A stretch of DNA of 64,000 nt, from the NCBI RefSeq assembly GCF_041146345.1, contig NW_027191413.1, forward strand, positions 124,001-188,000, written 5' to 3'. A program made the position numbers and the translations under genes. Shown here piece by piece: positions 61,144 to 64,000 of the stretch (position 1 is its first letter; each line of letters starts with the position of its first letter). Source of the stretch: Neodothiora populina (lineage: Eukaryota). Below the pieces are notes generated by a model. The model was not told where the DNA came from and made no database searches. It was given only the letters and a program-made list of their open reading frames with translations.

Positions 61144-61807
61144 CTTGGGCGACTTTTATGGGTATACAATAAAATAAAAGATGCAACAAAGAGATTTGCC
61201 CGGCAGAAACAAAGTCAAGATTAGGAAGGCAGAGAAAGCCCCGAATCTTTTTTGCCCCAGATTCTCTTCGCACCGCCTGCCAGATGCGGAATTTATTGTC
61301 CATCTTGGCGGCTGTAAACCCCGACCTCCGATGTCTTGGCTCTGTCTCCCGGCACGACGAGGTAAGACCCTTGATAACTTTAATCGGAGACACGCACTTC
61401 CATTCATCCACAAGGTGGACGCATCCCGGCTACTGTACAGTATACCGTACCAGCACATCCCAAGCAGTAATGCTGTCTGGCAATTTGCACAAAAACGAAG
61501 TGGTCAACGCAGTATGTTTTGCTCGTATCAATTAATTCACATTGTTCACTACGTTATGATGATCCTTGTCGTTTGACAACCCAACTTTCCAAATCCATCC
61601 TTTGCCACATCCAATACCTCATACATATGTAGTTGCGCCATACCTCACATCAAGTCTGCCTGCGTAAGACAAGCAGCACTGGGAACAAGTTAATTCATCC
61701 CATGCAGACATTAGTTTCATCTCCCATCACTCGTCAAAAGAAGCCCACAGATAACAGGGTTGCCCTCGTTGGTGTTGTCACCTTGACCAAACGAGAAGAA
61801 CCGTCCT

Positions 61808-62934
61808 CTAGGCACTGTACTCCTCACGTTGCTTCTTCTCCTTGGCCTTTTCGCTGGCTCCCTTGATGAATTGAGATAGGTCACCGACTGAATAGAAACA
61901 AAAGTCAGCCGACATGCAAGCAAAGATATCTGGACCAGACTAAACTTACCGGGAAGTTGGAACGGAAAGTCCAAAGCAGCGAGCATAATAGCGAAGAAAA
62001 TCCACCAGCCACAAAGATCGGTGACAAAGGTCAGAGCTCCAGCAGTGACAAGCAGAGTCCCAGCGATCGGTGGGGCCACCGTGGCACCCGCGTGGAAGGC
62101 GTTTGCGTTTTGCCAGTATGCTCCAGTGAGGCAGCCGAATGCAAGCACTAGAGTAAAGAAGATGAGTGCGAAGACGATGTTCGTCCTCAGTGAGAGAATA
62201 AAGTAAATCAGGCACAGCAGACCCATGAAAAGCAAGAAGAATCCAAAACTGGCGTTGAACGCTCCAGTGCTGAGACCAGCGTATGGATTCGTACCGGGCT
62301 CAGGGCTGTACAGTCCATATGCCATGTATATCGGCTGCAGAGTGGCGCCGAATGTGAGCCAGAAAGCCCCAAAGCTGCCGAAGACGACAAAGGGGAACGT
62401 GTTGCCGATGAACCATTCGCCGACTGAACCCAAGATCATGAGAAGCCCACCGAAGAAGAAGTAAGCTCCAATGTCAGATGCACCATTGCCGCCTGCTCCC
62501 CGCCAGCCCATGAGGATGCATGACAAGGGCGTCAGACTGAGCAGAAACCCTACAAGAGCACTTAACCAGAATCAGCAGAGTCCGCTACGACATCGGAAGT
62601 GAACGACTCACAGTGGCGTCGGGTTACCAAATGTCTTTCGCAGCTCACCAGCAACCTTGTTTTGAGGAGAGAGATATATCTTTTCAAACAGTTCAGGCGA
62701 GATAGAGATGCTGCCTGCTGTTCGAATCCTCCTTAGTGCAGTGTCTGAGTCTGTCGAGTTATCGAGATGATAGCCTGCTCAGATTACCTTAGCATATCCA
62801 AGTGCTGCAAGGCTGAATCACTGCTCACCATTGCTAAAGTCCTTCTCTAGGGGAGCATCGTCTATGCTTTGGGGCCCCGGTGCCGTCAGATTACGATTCG
62901 CCTGCGTCGCGTTGTAGTTGCTTTCTGCCGCCAT
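61808..62934 (-). CDS. GPR1/FUN34/YaaH family membrane protein, AlcS-like
   Basis: Three introns. ISPELFEKIYLSPQNKVAGELRKTFGNPTPL, GEWFIGNTFPFVVFGSFGAFW, SLRTN, LPVGDLS. Confidence 0.9.
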
Positions 62935-64000
62935 GTTATCGATTTGGATGGTGAGCTTGAATGGATTATTTTTGGACAATAAGAAACTCGAGGAGAACGA
63001 ATATCCGGGTCTAGTTATGGAACAACACCATGTGACAACAATGGACGAGACTCAGGATGAGGAGAAGCACCATAATATACGTCCCTCCAACGGGAGTACG
63101 GCTCCTCCCTCGGACGGAAGTGAACCACAACCCCATGCTGCCAGAAAAGGCTGCAATGGGGGGATCAACCAATCGAGCAAAGTCACGATGGTCTTGCACG
63201 GAGGAGGGGTCTGCCGTTCCCCCATTGTGTTTGTGTACAAGGTGTCGTATGCTTCCAGGCCGTTTTGCTTGAAGAGATCAACGTACGGAACTTGTCAAGC
63301 CTCGCGCTATCCTCTAGAGGGGGGAGCTTGAGGTTATCTCCGCTCCGCTTGAGCGGCTGGCTAGGGAAGTCAGCATTGCATGAGACGTTTTCCTTGGTAT
63401 ATAGCTTCAACAGCTATTGATGTCCTTTTATACCATGAGTAGGTGGGTACTGGAAGCGATACATTGTTTACCTTTTGGTCTGAAGTGTAGACAGATGTAA
63501 GCTACGACGAATTTCTTTCCCTCTGTAACAAGTCATGGATTGTTGCTCTCAGATGCCACACGGACGCTGTGCACGACGAGCTTACCTCCGTTGTACTTTG
63601 TGAAATCCTTTTCGAGTAAGACTATGCTCAAAAAATATCCCTTACAGGTACAAGTAGAAGACGGGCAGGCGGATACAAACCGTAATAGGGACCATAGACA
63701 GGCTAGCGTGTGGGGAAACACCACGCCATGCACGCTGGAGAAAGGCGGGGTGAGATCTTGGGGTACAGTAGCAAGCGATTCAAGACGCAAGATCGTCGCT
63801 AATTCGCTCGTACATCCCAAAGGCTACAACAGTTTTTGAGCGAAATATAGAGCACCACATCCAAAAAGAGCCTCAGCTAGTCTCTCAGGAGATCGCTGCT
63901 GAGGAACTTAAAAACCGTGGTCCTCGTGACTCGGGGTCCCTCGCCCCCATGATCGAGGTGGTTACCCAATGCAAATGCGAATCTTCAACTCTGACTAGAA

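Noticed and set aside
63870..63905. Imperfect hairpin CCTCAGC...GCTGAGG
   Set aside because: Short, single occurrence and consistent with chance.

Overview
Gene-dense genomic DNA from a filamentous ascomycete (GT-AG introns of about 45-120 nt with CTRAC/CTAA-type branch sites; Pezizomycotina-like proteins). About 22 protein genes are supported. Recognisable ones are FAB1 (partial), an Est3/TPP1-like protein, an F-box-like protein, mitochondrial TyrRS, a MaoC-type dehydratase, Rrn9-like, MED8, an AAA ATPase, two GPR1/FUN34/YaaH transporters, MSH6, FPGS/MET7, a Ca2+/H+ exchanger, an HSL-family esterase, an amidase, a hydantoinase/oxoprolinase and NOG1. There is also one intron-containing tRNA-Val(TAC). 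Four notable things are not visible in the ORF track. (1) A collagen-like gene at 48018-50957 (-) whose ~76 Gly-X-Y triplets are spread over ~18 tiny exons (four of only 9 nt), ending in a WSC domain, with a TGA at one Gly position. (2) A dispersed non-coding element of degenerate 22-bp (2x11-bp) tandem units, present four times in intergenic DNA. (3) An apparent Est3/TPP1 OB-fold plus RFX-type winged-helix fusion. (4) Diverged 'echo' copies of gene 3' ends (TyrRS, esterase); the TyrRS echo brackets one copy of a locally duplicated orphan gene. Gene models were spliced by hand and family calls come from motif recognition, not database searches.
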